64,000 nt of DNA from Octopus sinensis (GCF_006345805.1 NC_042997.1:58962001-59026000), one strand, 5' to 3'. Shown: positions 1 through 15,077, numbered from the stretch's first letter. Made by a program: numbers and translations. Notes: a model not told the origin generated them from the letters alone.

Positions 1-169
1 TTATTATTATTATTATTATTATGTTTCTGTCTATAAGCAATAATAATGATCAAGTTGATGTTGATAAACATGTTGTTACGATTCCCCTTAGAACATTTTG
101 ATCTTATTTGGTTAGGAGAAAAACATTTCTTTCTGACTTTGATTTCTTTTCTCCCTTCTTCTTTCTCTG

Positions 170-240
<71 letters not shown>

Positions 241-1010
241 TACACACATATACACACCACACACACACACACACGCACACATGCACACATATACTTTCTT
301 TATTCTCTGATTTTCTTCAAACACGTTTGATTCACTTCTTTTTCTTGGAATAACATTCAGAAGGACATGCCCTTTGTATCTCATTAAGAAAAGGTCTCCA
401 AGCATAGAAAATGATGCAGATGTAGGGGGTGGGCGTGGAATTTTGTTATGTCAAACCCATGCAGTGAAACGTCTCTTTTGATAAATTCATACTATATTCA
501 AACGCCAGCAAAGTGACTTTCATTATTCACCATTTTTCAAAATAACAAGCACACATGTATGTGTGCATGTATGTTTTATGTATATATATCTGTGTGTATG
601 TATGTATTATGTATATATATATATTATATATATATATATGTGCGTGTGTGTATTATGTATATATATATGTGTGTGTACGTGTGCGTATGTAAGTGTATGT
701 ACTATGTATATATATATATATATATATATATGTTTGTGTCGGTATTATGTATGTATATGATGTATGTGTGCGTGTGCACGCGCGTGTGTGCGTGTGCGAA
801 GGTATATGTGCACATGCATGCTCACATAAGTGGATGTTCTGATTTTCTTTTTAAAATCACTCATCTACAAAGGACTGGTTTCCAACCACGATACAATTTA
901 AACAAGACACATAGTCATATAGTCGCACGTGGAATTAAATACACCTATTTAAGATATCATACATGATTTATTAGACACCTTTGTCTACCTTAGCAACTCT
1001 GCTCCCTGTG

Positions 1011-1470
1011 GTAGATCCCTAGATTCTAAGAACAACTTGAAAATTGGGAAGGTTTCAGTCTTCTTTGGTACACTTTAAACAACACAGCATAGTCATAGAG
1101 CTGCACGTGGAATCAAATATACTTATTATAGTATCTTTCCCCCTTGAAGTAGATCCCTAGAGTCTGAGAACAACTTGAAAATTGGGAAGGTTTCAGTCTT
1201 CTTTGGTACACTTTAAACAACACAGCATAGTCATAGAGCTGCACGTGGAATCAAATATACTTATTATAGTATCTTTCCCCCTTGAAGTAGATCCCTAGAG
1301 TCTGAGAACAACTTGAAAATTGGGAAGGTTTCAGTCTTCTTTGGTACACTTTAAACAACACAGCATAGTCATAGAGCTGCACGTGGAATCAAATATACTT
1401 ATTATAGTATCTTTCCCCCTTGAAGTAGATCCCTAGAGTCTGAGAACAACTTGAAAACTTAGAAGGTTTC
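1011..1470. repeat. 138-bp tandem minisatellite, ~3.3 copies plus a diverged upstream partial copy
   Basis: gtagatccct recurs at 1011, 1149, 1287 and 1425; the units are nearly identical. Confidence 0.95.
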
Positions 1471-1639
1471 AATCTTGTTTGGTAGACTTAAGAAACGGGT
1501 TTGGTCTGACAGGGGCTTAAAACCTACTCGGTTTCGCATCTATGATACTTGCATCACCATGTTCCTAATCATATATTTCTATACTCACCTGAGATACTGA
1601 CGCCATATTGACAGCCCATTAAAATATGACACAGAGGTA

Positions 1640-1930
1640 CTGGAACAGGTTGGCCGTTTCACAATGGAAACTCGCCTCGTCAAGCATCGTATGCAATGAG
1701 TTAGTCATGACAACTGTTTTAACGACCTTAGGCTCCGAAAGGAATTATTTTATGGTGAATCATTTCTTGGTAATTGTTTCCAGTACAAACCCAAACAGAA
1801 TTCTTGACATCATGAAAGACAGACTTAAGTGCTTGATCATTAGCATTATTAATTGGAAATATCTCTCACGAAAATAAGTCAATGGGGGATCTGTAACCCG
1901 GAAGAACAAGCTGCGGTTTGTGAAAATTCG
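1640..1930 (+). mobile_element. Old RTE-type LINE fragment (C-terminal ORF2)
   Basis: Degenerate RLRKELFYGE...KPKQ...MKDRLKCL resembles RMPKQLFYGE...KPKKRYKDLLKASL of the RTE at 39.5-40.6 kb. Confidence 0.55.
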
Positions 1931-2654
1931 GATTATCCCATATCCGAAAACTGCAGGCTGTTGAAGTTCTGCCTGCTAGAGTTTAGTTATTTTCCGTGCA
2001 CTATCTGCGCTTGCATTACTTTTACAGATGCCAGTCTTGCTACCCACAAAAGTCACATGACAACAAACCAACACAGGATATTTGTGTCATATCTTTCATC
2101 TTTTACTTGTCTCAGCCACTATGCCACTAAAATTGTCTATCTACTTTACCCACCCCAAACTGATACTACCCTCTGTCTTCTCTCAGATTTGATAAACTAG
2201 CCTATAAAATTAAAACTGAACACCCACACCCACCCACCCACCCAATAATTAAATCTAAATAACAGAAATAATCAGGAAAAAGCAGTGTCATTCTTTTGAA
2301 AAAAATTCAGTTACATCTGTGATGTTGTTGGTAAAACATGCTCTTTGTCTATCTCCTTATCCTCTTGGAGATTTCGGATAAAATTATACTAATGAGTCCT
2401 TCGAATTTAATTAAATTCTATGTTTTTTGTGCAGCTGAAGATTGTTCTACATTTTAAATTGATGTAATGTTTGCATTGTTCAAATAAATGGAGTCGCATG
2501 AAATTATCGTACTGCATTACCTCTGGATTTCCTTGTTGCTTATTTTGATTATAATCACATTATTTTAAATTGAATGGATAATACCAGACTAAATTCTGGT
2601 GCCTTCAACTTAAGTACCATATTCATCTGAATCTATATATATATATATATTCAG

Positions 2655-2790
2655 TTTCCTTTTCCCAAACCCACTCACAGGGCTTTGGTCGACTTGAGAT
2701 TGTAGTAGACTACAAGTGCGCAAGATACTACGTAGTGGGACTAAACCCAGAGACTTGTGGTTGAGAAGCAAACTTCTTAACCACAGAGTT
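2655..2790 (-). mobile_element. SINE family A 5' fragment
   Basis: Reverse complement resembles the head of the copy at 24368. Confidence 0.6.
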
Positions 2791-5149
2791 TCATTATCCC
2801 AAGCTGTACTTTATGTCCTTCATCTATTTCTAGATTGAAGATCCAATTTCAACGAATGCACAATGATGGAGAATCTGTTAATGAAGCCCTTAACAAAATA
2901 CCTGGCTAGATTTGACGCAAAACATGTAAAGCAAAGTCGTGGTAAGGCTGTAGTCTAAGAACCCATGGCAGAAAAGCTAAGAAGCCTCTTACAGGCATAT
3001 TGCAATAAGAAAGTGGTTATGTTCATAATCGAGCTGTCAGTCACTATGTGTGCTTGTTCGTATGCATGTGTGTATGTTTACTGGTAATCATGTATGTATG
3101 CATGTATGCTTGTAGTCATGTATATACGTTTGTCTATCTGTCTCTCTATCTGTCTCTATGCATGTGTATGTATGTATGTATGTATGTATGTATGTATGTA
3201 TGTATGTATGTATGTGTGCGTATGTCTGTTGTGTGCACATACATGCATCCATACATACACATTTAAGACACTGATGTCTTAAAGAACAAGATCACATCAC
3301 ATAATGCAATCTTGCGTGCAATATGTCTGAGAGATGTCGGGATGGTCACAAGTGGAATGTATCTAACTCTAAGTCTGGTTGACAAGAACTTATCTAGGGT
3401 TAAACAACAACATACATGCATATAATTGTGTGTACGTGTGTCTGTGTATCTGCGCATTTCACGCTCGTGTGTTTTTCTCAGATATCATATCGGATTTATT
3501 AAAAAGCGAAAGTGAAAGGCATAAAGATACGAGTTTGTGTCATTAGATTTTGCAATAAAAATGAAAATTGTGTAAACAAATAATTAGTGTCGATCGTCGT
3601 ATCAAAGGATTTAACAAATGGTTTGGAATAATAAAAGAGAAGTTTAGTGATGTTGCTAGCATTGATGGTTGAATACGAGAAGAGTGATAATTATTGAATA
3701 TATAAGTTATCAAGAGCCTACTGCAAACAGAATCTTATTCAATTACCAGGATTTAAACAACATGAAAACCTTTCTCAATATTTGCAAATTGAAGCCAACG
3801 AAGGACTCTTTATGTAGTAACTAGATATTTATTTTTTCTTAATGTTTTGATCTAGATAAAGAGGCAGTGTTCGTGTCATTCACGGACTTTCTGAGACCAG
3901 TGAGAGTGATGCCGTTAACTTCACTTGAACTGCTGTAAAACGGCAATTGCAAGTAAAATATGGATAAGAAAGGAAATTAAGCGGGTCAACATTCTGGAGA
4001 GGAAAGGCTGTCTGTAGTGATTTGAGCGGAACTCGAGAATAAACACAGCATAGAAAAGGCTGAGTTAAGAAACTATATTTGTGTGGCTCAGAGGTTAGAT
4101 TGCATGACAACTAGTCGCCTGGCTTTTGTGGGTTGGGATCTAGGATGTTCGAGTAACAACAGAAGAGTCCCAAATGCCGGTGTAGTGTACTGTTATGTCT
4201 AACTAAAAAATAACGATCAACTCTCGTCGACTCTAACTTTGCCATCTTAAACAAAGAACTATACATTAGCTAGTTTTGTCGTTGACAATCCTAAAAGGAC
4301 GACCCGGTTATGGCTGGCAAGATTTTGATCATATTGACCTGGGATAACACAGGAACAACAATGTTACATCTGACGTTGCTTACAATATGAAAACTCTTTA
4401 TGTGAATAGACATGGTTTTGTGTCCACATTTTGATGATGTCATCTGTCCTAAGCAAGAGAGTAAACGCCTTTCAGAGTCGATTATATCGAGGATAGAATA
4501 ATTAGACTAGTAATTTAGTGCCATACATTACCGAAATCGAATTCTCTGCTCTCAGGAGAATGAATAAGAATGAAGCCATGAATAAAAGATGGAACGAGCT
4601 TACAAATTAAATATTGGAAAAAAATTCGATTATAGAGATTTGATTATATATTATATACCCAACGCTCTCTAAATGGTTAATGTAATTGCCATTTTAATGT
4701 TTACTCATATTCAATCAAAACAGAATGAAATTGAAATGACAATAAAATGACACCCACTCAGTTGTCATTTGTGAAGAAACTCGAATATCAACAGTCAACA
4801 ATGCGTTATGTAAATTGTTTACCATGATATCTTGGGACTGTTAGTATAGTTAGTGAAGGAGTTCATTCCGTCTGACAGAACTATTATACACAAAGAATAC
4901 TAAGTGCAAACATGGCTATATGTGGACTCAGATATGGTTTTGTATGGGTTCAGGCATTGGCCTATCGTTAAGAAGTTTACTTTGCAGCCGCATGTTTTTG
5001 AGTTCGATCACATTTCAATGTTTCTTGAACAAGTTTCTTCTTTCATAGCTTCAGACCGACTAATACATAGAGAGTGGAATTTATGTATTGAAAACCTATT
5101 GCATATATGTAAATATATACGTTTGTGTGTATGTGTCTGTATATGTGTG

Positions 5150-5190
<41 letters not shown>

Positions 5191-6400
5191 TGTGTGTGTG
5201 TGTGTCTCTGTGTGTGTCTCTGTGTGTGGTGTGTGTGTGTGTGTGGTGTGTGTGTGTGTGTGTGTGTGTGTCAGTGTAGGATATGTGAGAAAACCGAAAA
5301 ATCATTATTTTATAAAACAACGTCCCATGAGGTATTTATTCTGTTACGGACACTTCCTTGAGACTCACACAGTCACAAATGCTGGTTCCTTCTACTCCAA
5401 ACCTACAATGGAAATTCATGACAAATCGTTCTTTAAATCAAACACAAACTAGAACTTAGCTGTAATGACTGGAGTAGTTTTCATACTGTGCCCTCATGAA
5501 CGGTGGGATTAAATAATAAATAAATATGTATAATATATGTATTAGAAAACCTAAGATGAATTTAAAATATTTAACGAAGAAATTTTTAGACTTCGCTGTG
5601 AAACTTTAAAAGGTGCAAACACATCTCGTTATTCCCTTATCGCACAGAAAAATAAAGGATATTGTCAAAATCGTCTGTATGGTGAGAAGGAAAGTGTCGA
5701 TTAAGCTATTCTGCTCTGTCAGATTTCATGGACGAATTCTTAAATTTATTTAGTTTGCTTAGAATTTGAGATTTGTGTCGAAAGAGAAGAGAAACGTATA
5801 AAAATTAATTAATTACAGAAATGATTTGTCTGGTAGCAACCCTGAAGTGTTGGAAGTAATAATAACTTTGAAGAGAAAAGTGCTGCAAGCAGAAACGAAC
5901 GTTGTGGCAGATGCGCAGCTGCCAAACAAATGACAAACAAAAAGTAAACTGTAAATATAGTAAATATTGTAGAGCAATGATGAACAAAAGAACAATTGAC
6001 ATATGGATGATAAAAATGATAATGAGGAAATCTTTTTCAGTTGACAATCATCTTAATTGCAGAGCTCGAGCAAAGAAATCTTATGTCTAAACAACGAATG
6101 AGGAGTGTTTCTGTATATGATAACTGATGCACTTATCAACGAAATGACTAATTACATTTGAAGTAACACCACAAGATGTTTTTCGGGGAATTACCATCAG
6201 GAATGTTGAACAACGCCGAGACAGCATCCAGAATGCTTTATTCAAGCACCTCCTCAGTTCCAACCTTCACAGATAAAGACCTAGATGTCTTGTATGATAA
6301 CACAGATACTCCAGATGTAGTAGTAAATAAGTACTCCTAAGACTCATTGGGGCGTTTACCTAGTTTTCATGGCATATAAGGGATCGAGATTGCAACATAC

Positions 6401-6629
6401 GTATTTCTTTATTACCCACAAGGGGCTAAACACAGAGGGGACAAACAAAGACAGACATAGGTATTAAGTCGATTACATCGACCCCAGTGCGTAACTGGTA
6501 CTTAATTTATCGACCCCGAAAGGATGAAAGGCAAAGTCGACCTCCGCGGAATTTGAACTCACAACGTAACGGCAGACGAAATACCGCTAAGCATTTCGCC
6601 CGGCGTGCTAACGTTTCTGCCAGCTCGCC
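6401..6629 (-). mobile_element. tRNA-derived SINE family B with 15-bp TSD
   Basis: Matches the copies at 45065-45666; gagattgcaacatac at 6386-6400 and 6630-6644. Confidence 0.9.
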
Positions 6630-6644
6630 GAGATTGCAACATAC

Positions 6645-6822
6645 CCTCTGAACGAGACGCCAGTCCGTCGCAGGATTAGTCATTTACAGCTGCGTAGACG
6701 GGAGCAGCGTGAAATGAAGTGTCATACTCCAGAGAACGACGCACTAACTGCTCCGTAGCTAAACCTAAAACCACATCTTGCTATCATGAGTATAACACCC
6801 TAACCACTATGCCACGCGCCTA
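6645..6822 (-). mobile_element. Older tRNA/CORE-like SINE interrupted by the family B insertion
   Basis: gtgaaatgaagtgtc...ctaaccactatgccacgcgcc is the reverse complement of a tRNA-like head and central domain. Confidence 0.55.
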
Positions 6823-7572
6823 GATATTATTCAACTTCACAGATATTACTCAACTTCGATGTAAAAACAAATATATTTTGAGAGCGACTTACGATAACAG
6901 GCAATGTAAATAAAGTATTTCTTTTTGTCCATAGTGTTTATATGATATATTAAAGATGTAAACAGATTTATTTTTCTTTGCTCTTTCAGTGTTTTTTTTA
7001 TCAGTACAGTAAACTTGTGCTACAGAACCAGAAATTTGTAATAACGAAACTAAATAAGCATAAGATAGCTTTATGCTTATCTAAGTAGTAGCGGTATCGA
7101 TAATACAGAACAGAAATTTTATTATTTTATCATTTTACTTTTCTCTGTTTTTTAACTTTTTGCTCCGAATATCCGCTACTCGATCTGCTGTCTAGTATGA
7201 AATTTGACGGAATAGTATGACTCAGCCTATGTTTTAGATATGTTTTGCTCTACATCCATGAATAGTCATTCTACATTGCTATATAGTTAGTTAGCCGTTG
7301 GCCAGTTTCGATAGGTTGCCATGTTGATGTTTCGGAACTCTTTCTCTTCCATTTGTCATAGCCTCGGGTTAAAGGAACCGAAAAACGAGTAATTTTCTCT
7401 GAAACACTGTGAACAAGTGGTTAGGCTGTCGGAAATTTGTTATGAGACATAATGATGCTATTTTAACAAACTGCGATATAATCTTTTACTTATTGCAGTT
7501 ATTCGACTGCGGCCATGCTGGAGCACCAAAAATATATATATAAACGCGTGGCTCTTTAAACTTTCTCTCTAA

Positions 7573-7822
<250 letters not shown>

Positions 7823-8416
7823 ACGTCATAGTCAAAAGAGAAATGGAAGTGCTTATGACCTATTTATAGGGTACCCAAGTCTAGCAGAATCCTTGTCCGA
7901 ATTCTTGTAATGGACTCAACAAAAGACATCGAAGAGTTCCAACGACGCAAAAGAACAAATGATATCGTCCACAATCGTTTGGTGTATGTCGAGTTTTCAC
8001 AGTTGATGTTGTTGTTATGGTGGTGGTGGTGGTGGTACTTCTGCTGCTGCTGCTGGTGCTGGTGCTAGTGGCAATGGCGGTGGCAGCGGCGGCTGGTGTT
8101 GGATTTTGGTGCTGCTACTGTTGTATAGCTCAGATCATCTCTGATCGAGCAAACCCATAATCAAAGCATTCCAACCGTAACCATTGAGTCAATTAAATAT
8201 TTTTAAAAATAACCTAAAGGATTTTAAAATACACTAGATCGTAGGATACGATTTGGGTGATATTTGGCTCTTGTTTCTAACAGACTGAGCGACAACATGA
8301 GGCTCTCTTTGTTAAGTTGTCGTGTCACAAAGACTGTTCGTTAGGAATTTCGAAATATTCTGCAAGAGAAATATGTTTGAGCAGATTTACTTTGAAGTAA
8401 GAATTAACGAAAACAA

Positions 8417-8477
<61 letters not shown>

Positions 8478-8767
8478 ATCTGACTATCTATCTATCTCTA
8501 TCTCTCTCACAGACACATACACACGGAAGCAATACACCCACGCATGCATGTACATGCACATTTTAAAGATATGTGCACGTAAGCACACGCAAACACGCAA
8601 ATACATTTGCACACCCACATACAACACACATAGACCCACACACACACACACACACACGCACACACACACCACAAGCAAACAAACAAGCATACAATCAAAA
8701 TATTCCGTTTTCACGATAATTTCATATTTCGTGACACAAGTTCACAGAAAGATGAACTTGTGTGTAT

Positions 8768-8810
<43 letters not shown>

Positions 8811-8841
8811 TGCGAGTGCGTACGTGCATGCGTTTGTATAT

Positions 8842-8913
<72 letters not shown>

Positions 8914-9616
8914 ACGCGCGTGTCTGAGAATGTTGTGCTACCACCATTTCTTCCTATAATATGATCTCGTTTTCCATGGTAGACTGCTTTATTCATAGAT
9001 TGATCTTTTCAAGTATCATACAGGTATTTCGCATAAAAAGGCCTTTTTCTCCCTCTGCTTTTCTCTTTCCCTCTCTCTTACTCTCTATCTATACATCATT
9101 ATTATCATTTCTTTATTTTTCATTCTCCTTCTTTTCGACAATGCTCACGATAATTCGTTTGTCGTAAACATCCTTTATAGTAGTTCTCTATTTCATATAC
9201 TTTGTAGCAAACCATCGTTTCCAGCAGAAATTTAATACTGTCTATCTAATACAGCATATTTTCTGTTATAAATTCTCCTGTGTTTATTATTTATTTTGTA
9301 CTTTTTGTTTATTTGTTTGTTTGTTTTTTAATATAATTATACGTTTGTGCTGCAGTCTTAACCAGAACCATAATTGTGAAACCAAGGGAAGGACTAAAGA
9401 ACACGGCTTGCGCTGGAAACTGTTTAAACAACTTGACTAAGAACTTCGGTTGTGTGGCTTAGTTACATACTAAATATATACTATAAATTCTTGGACTTTC
9501 TTGTATCCGGAATCATTTTTATAGTGGCTTTCCACACCGATAATTAACTGTTGAAAGGTTTCCATTATAAAATGGAAATCATTTTAAGTATTCTTATACT
9601 GCTTGTGTCTAAATTC

Positions 9617-9720
<104 letters not shown>

Positions 9721-10331
9721 TGATCATACTAACAGACTATCACACAATACTCCGAGTTTCGTGTAAGATCGATAAACATACGCTCATCCGATACGCAAGT
9801 TTTGGATTTAGGCTGAACACGGCGAAGATAGAAGTTCTGTGTGTAAAAATATTCGTGTAAGTAAATAAAAGAATCATGTGAAATCGTTTATTAGTATGAT
9901 CGCTTTGAAATTACACATCTTCGCTATTTCGTAAAGGTGAGTGCTTTTCACTATGGACCAAAACCAACCGCATTGTGTGTGTGTTTGTGTGTGTATGTTT
10001 GTGTGTGTGTCTTTGTGTGTGTGTGTTTGTATGTATGTGTGTTTGTGTATGTGTGTTTTTGTGTGTGTGTGTTTTTTTGTGTGTGTGTTTGTGTGTGTGC
10101 GTTTTTGTGTGTGTGTATTTGCGCTGGTGTGTGTGTGTGCTTGTGTGTGTGTCTATGTATACTTATACATACATATACAAGTGTGAAAGTATGAAAAGTG
10201 GCTATTTCCTTCAAACTTTGCTTTTGGTACGTTTATTTAAACCTTAAAGAATCATACATACATACATACATACATACATACATACGTACATACGTACATA
10301 CGTACATACATACATATATACATACATACAT

Positions 10332-10391
<60 letters not shown>

Positions 10392-10461
10392 ATATCAGTA
10401 AGTTGTCATAATAATAAAATGACAGCAAAAGAACGAGACCTCGATATTATGAAAATAGATT

Positions 10462-10519
<58 letters not shown>

Positions 10520-10839
10520 TATAGATATATATATATATATATTATATATATATATATATATATAATATATATATATATATATGGTATATACACGGTATAG
10601 GACAATTAGTAAGTTGTCATAATAGAACTCAGAGTTTCAAATGCCGGAGCGAAAAGCTTCGGCGCATTTTCATCGGCTATTTTTGACGATAGACGCTATG
10701 ATATAAAAATAAAACCGTTCAATAAAAGGGAGGCTACTCTAATAGACATGAAAAATATAAAGATATAAAATATAAAAAATAGTAAGTACACGCAACCACA
10801 TTCTCACAGTAGATCGAAACCTTATGTGTATATATATAC

Positions 10840-10950
<111 letters not shown>

Positions 10951-11042
10951 TATACATGTCTGTGTGAGTGTGTACGTATCTAGTTTTCACGAGTGCAGAA
11001 GGTTTTTATCTATTGGTATGTATGTACCTATGTATGTATTGG

Positions 11043-11250
11043 TTTTAAATTTTAGCACAAGGACAGCAAGTTTTGGGGAGGAGTAAGTCGATTACAACGA
11101 CCTCAGTACTCAGCTAGCATTTATTTTATTGACCCCGAAGGGATGACAGGCAAAATCGACCTCGGTGGAATTTGAACTCAGAACGTAAAGACGGACGAAA
11201 CAGCGCTAAGCATTTTGCACGGTGTGCTAATGTTTCTGTCTGCTCGCCTT
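11043..11250 (-). mobile_element. SINE family B copy
   Basis: Contains gaccccgaagggatgacaggcaaaatcgacctcggtggaatttgaactcagaacg. Confidence 0.85.
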
Positions 11251-11917
11251 ATATATATGTGTGTGTGCGTATGTGTGTGTGTGGGGGTATGTGTGTGTGT
11301 GTGTGTACGTGTGTGTGTGTGTGCGTGTGTTGTGTGTGTGTGTGTGTCTGTCTGTATGTATGTATATATATATACATGTGTGTGTGTGCTTATGTCGAGT
11401 TATTATTAGACCATTTAATATTAAACTGAAGGATTACTCAATACTTTTTGTTGATAATCTGTTTCTTATTCTTTTGCAAGAATTGTGTTCACAGTGACAT
11501 CGAAGTTTCAGCCTGTTTGACCTTCATTGGACAGTCTGATGAGAGCTAAGCAGGCCGAAAATTTCGAAGTCATTGTCAACACTATTCGTACAAAAAATGA
11601 TACACACACACACTCACATACATCATACATACATACATACATACATACATACATACATACATACATACATACATACATACATACATACATACATACATAC
11701 ATACATACTATTCACAAACCAAACATCAGTCTCATACCAATCCGCTTCATTTTACCGTGTTATCGATATGCAATGGATCTGCAAACTCTAAGCTTCCTGA
11801 GAGCAACGTTTTCTTTTTACTTTACAGCAAATCACATACACCGCTGTGTCTTAAAAAAGGAAACGCCTTTTATTGAACATCTGTTCGACTAAATATCAAC
11901 TAACAGATGCTCTACAC

Positions 11918-13248
11918 CAGAGATCGGCAACTTCTTTGCCTCCACGAGCAGGATCGATTATTAATAGCGGGCTGGACGAAGGCCATAAAAAAATAATTAC
12001 GAAAAATTACACAAGCTGAAATTTGATCACGAGTATTGACTATACTTTAAAATAATTTGTATTAACCACAGATGAATGTAGTAATGGAAAAACATCATTT
12101 ATTCAATTTAAGACATCGGTGGAATTATTTGTTAAAAGAATCTTGAAAATACATAGCAGCCAAAAAATTAATAGGAATCTCGATTTCTTTGTTCCTTGAA
12201 AGCTTCTCAATTTTAGACTTCAAACTTGTTGATGCCAAGAGCAAAATATTATCAAGATGATTATCAGTTAATCTTATTCTCAATCTGTTCTTAGTTTGCT
12301 TCAGTTTGGGAAATAATTGTTCACACTGATAAATGCTTCCAAACAAAGATGGCATCTATTTTGGTATACTTCCCACTTGGAAAAAATACATTTGGCATAG
12401 AAGTCAATCGATGAAACATCTTTAGAATGAAATTTAGATCTCAATAAGTCGTCACACTGCATATCAATCAATTCCATTTCAAAACATTCTGATACTGTCT
12501 CCACCTCCACATCAAATGGTGTAGCAAACAATTCAAACTGATTCGCATGCAAACGAATGTCAGCAAAACGTGATGCAAATTCATTTCTCAAATCCTGGAT
12601 TATATTCACAAATACATTTGAATCTTGTGGTTTCCTTCCTTGAAATGAGGGAAAATGCACATAATTTTTATTTCGAAGTTGATGTTTCCATAACTGAAGC
12701 TTTTTTTTTTTTTCAAAGGCAACAACATGGTTATACATTTCGTTTACGAGTTGAGTTTTACCTTGAAATTGTAAATTTAAGTTATTTAAATGAGTCACAA
12801 TAACCACAATAAGTGCCAAAGTTGCCAGCCAATCAGGATCTCGAAAATGTCGGCTCTCAGCTTTTTGTTTTATTTTTTTACGCGGGAGTGGTGGTGATTG
12901 GATAGAAATGTTTCGGAATTGTATTGTTATTATTATTATTGTTATTATTTTTGTGTTGTGTGAGCGGAAATGATGTGCGGAGCCATGCGTACGCGACGAA
13001 TTTTTAATTGTGTTTTTGCTGTCGAAGCGTTCACTTCCGGTTGGTGGTAGACATTAGGTAGAGTGAATCAGAAGATTCGTGAAAGAATGTAACAGCAGGC
13101 CTTTTATTGTATTCGAAAGCCTTGTCTCTCATATAACAATAAATTTTAATTTTAAATAAACATCTCATTGGGTATCAGTTCTCGCGGACCGGTCAAAATC
13201 CCTTCGCGGGCCGGATCTGTCCCACGGGCTGTAGGTTGCCGACCTCTA
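11918..13248 (-). mobile_element. Internally deleted hAT (Charlie/SPIN-like) DNA transposon
   Basis: TIRs cagagatcggcaac / gttgccgacctcta; perfect 8-bp TSD ctctacac at 11910-11917 and 13249-13256. ORFs 12301..12819 (THLNNLNLQFQGK) and 12125..12355 (LFGSIYQCEQLF, hAT dimerisation-like) cover the transposase C-terminus only. Confidence 0.92.
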
Positions 13249-13953
13249 CTCTACACAATTGATCGGCCTGCTTGAAGGCAGGTGTATATTAGATCAGAGC
13301 TCAGATAGCGCTAAACAACAATTACAAGAACATCTTTAGCAGTGACACGCATACTAAAACATCATGGAAACTTTAAAATATATGCAAATACGTCATAACA
13401 CCCAAGCGACATGTCACAACCGTATAGTAAACAGAACTGGTAGAAACATCGAAATAATCTTTTAAATGTATCATCTTGGTATAAAACTAGGAAAGTATAC
13501 GTAAATTTCTTTTCTTTTCTTCTTTTTTACATTTAGCTAACTAAAAATTATTGATTACAGTTATGAATTCCTTCCTGAGTTATTTAATGTGACGGCTATA
13601 ATATTTCATATCATTCGTGACACAACTTTATCAGGCTTTGTTTACTACCTATATCTTTCCATATAATAAAATATTGGTATCTGGTTAGCATCGCATTGAT
13701 TTCACTGAACATTGACTGGAAGTTGTCTGGCATAACTTAAATATAGTTCAAAAATAGAATCAATCGGAATAAGAAGAGAAACATATAATTGGTTGCCTGC
13801 GTATTAAGACAGCAGGAAATATTGAATAAATACATGTTGCATCAAAATTCTATCCATACTGACATGCATAACTATCACCTGCTAGCTAGTAGGAATAGAA
13901 AGATCGCATAACCAGAGTGAATAACAATGTCGTGTAAAGAAGGAGAGAGTATG

Positions 13954-13994
<41 letters not shown>

Positions 13995-14443
13995 ATGCAT
14001 TTTTTTATTTGCTACAATAGCGATGATGTTTTCAGAGCATAAGCGATGTTAATTATAAAGTAGTAATGTTGAAGCGAGATGTAAAGATTGGGTGCCAGTT
14101 GAAGAGGACGATAAGCTGATACAAAAGACAGCGATTGCAATCGATGCTGGACATTATCCAGTTTAGTGTATCGTCTTTGTGAATTTAAATCCTGCTGGAC
14201 ATTTAATCCCTTCAGACATTTAATGTCTGTTTTTTTCACTGGTTACTTTTAAAGACCAGATTGCCATGCCAATCCATTATCTTTATTTTCAAAAACTTTG
14301 AACTATCAGCTATTAATATAGTTATGTCTTGCTCGCTGCTTTTGGAGAAACACCTGTAAAAGGGCATTCAGCCATCTAATTGTACACATAATTTCAGTAA
14401 ATCGAAGTTATTTAACGTGTGAAATTGCACTATGTGTGTATTA

Positions 14444-14506
<63 letters not shown>

Positions 14507-14919
14507 TGTCGAACAGCGAGAATGAGTGCTCGAAATTGTATATATATTATTATTTTGTAGAAGTAACTGAATGACTCAAGATCCGAGATATTCCTCAAAG
14601 ACTCAAGCGAAACTGCCCGCTGAGAAATTCACAGCCGAATTTAGACGCTAAATACTTTAGCTTTACAGAACAACTATGTGTATATAAATTCAAACAAAGA
14701 AAATATTTGCCTTTTTTTTTATTAGAAGCGTCGAAAATGTGTATTGTGCGATACAAATTAGAACATGCTATTTTTTCGAACGCAGAGCTGCCGTTAGAAC
14801 AGCAGAAATACGGGGTAAATTACCCTTACAAGGCGGGAAAATTTCTCAACGACCAGTCATGGAACTTGAACCCATTTAAAATATACATATATATCCATAT
14901 ATGTGTATATATATATTAT

Positions 14920-14956
<37 letters not shown>

Positions 14957-15077
14957 TGTGTGTGTGTGTGTGTGTGTGTGTTGTATACACACACACACAC
15001 ACACTGTATATAGACACATATATACATTCATATATTCTCTCTCCTTTTATTTTTTATTTTTTTCTCCTTTTTCCAGC

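Noticed and set aside
1011-1470. Regular repeats as a CRISPR array
   Set aside because: Units are contiguous with no unique spacers; eukaryotic context and no cas genes.
8000-8120. Gly/Ala-rich coding exon
   Set aside because: Imperfect (GGT)n/(GCT)n simple repeat with no convincing splice or ORF context.
12125-12819. Host GTF2IRD2/ZBED-like gene
   Set aside because: Frameshifted C-terminal fragment enclosed by TIRs and an 8-bp TSD, so a transposon.
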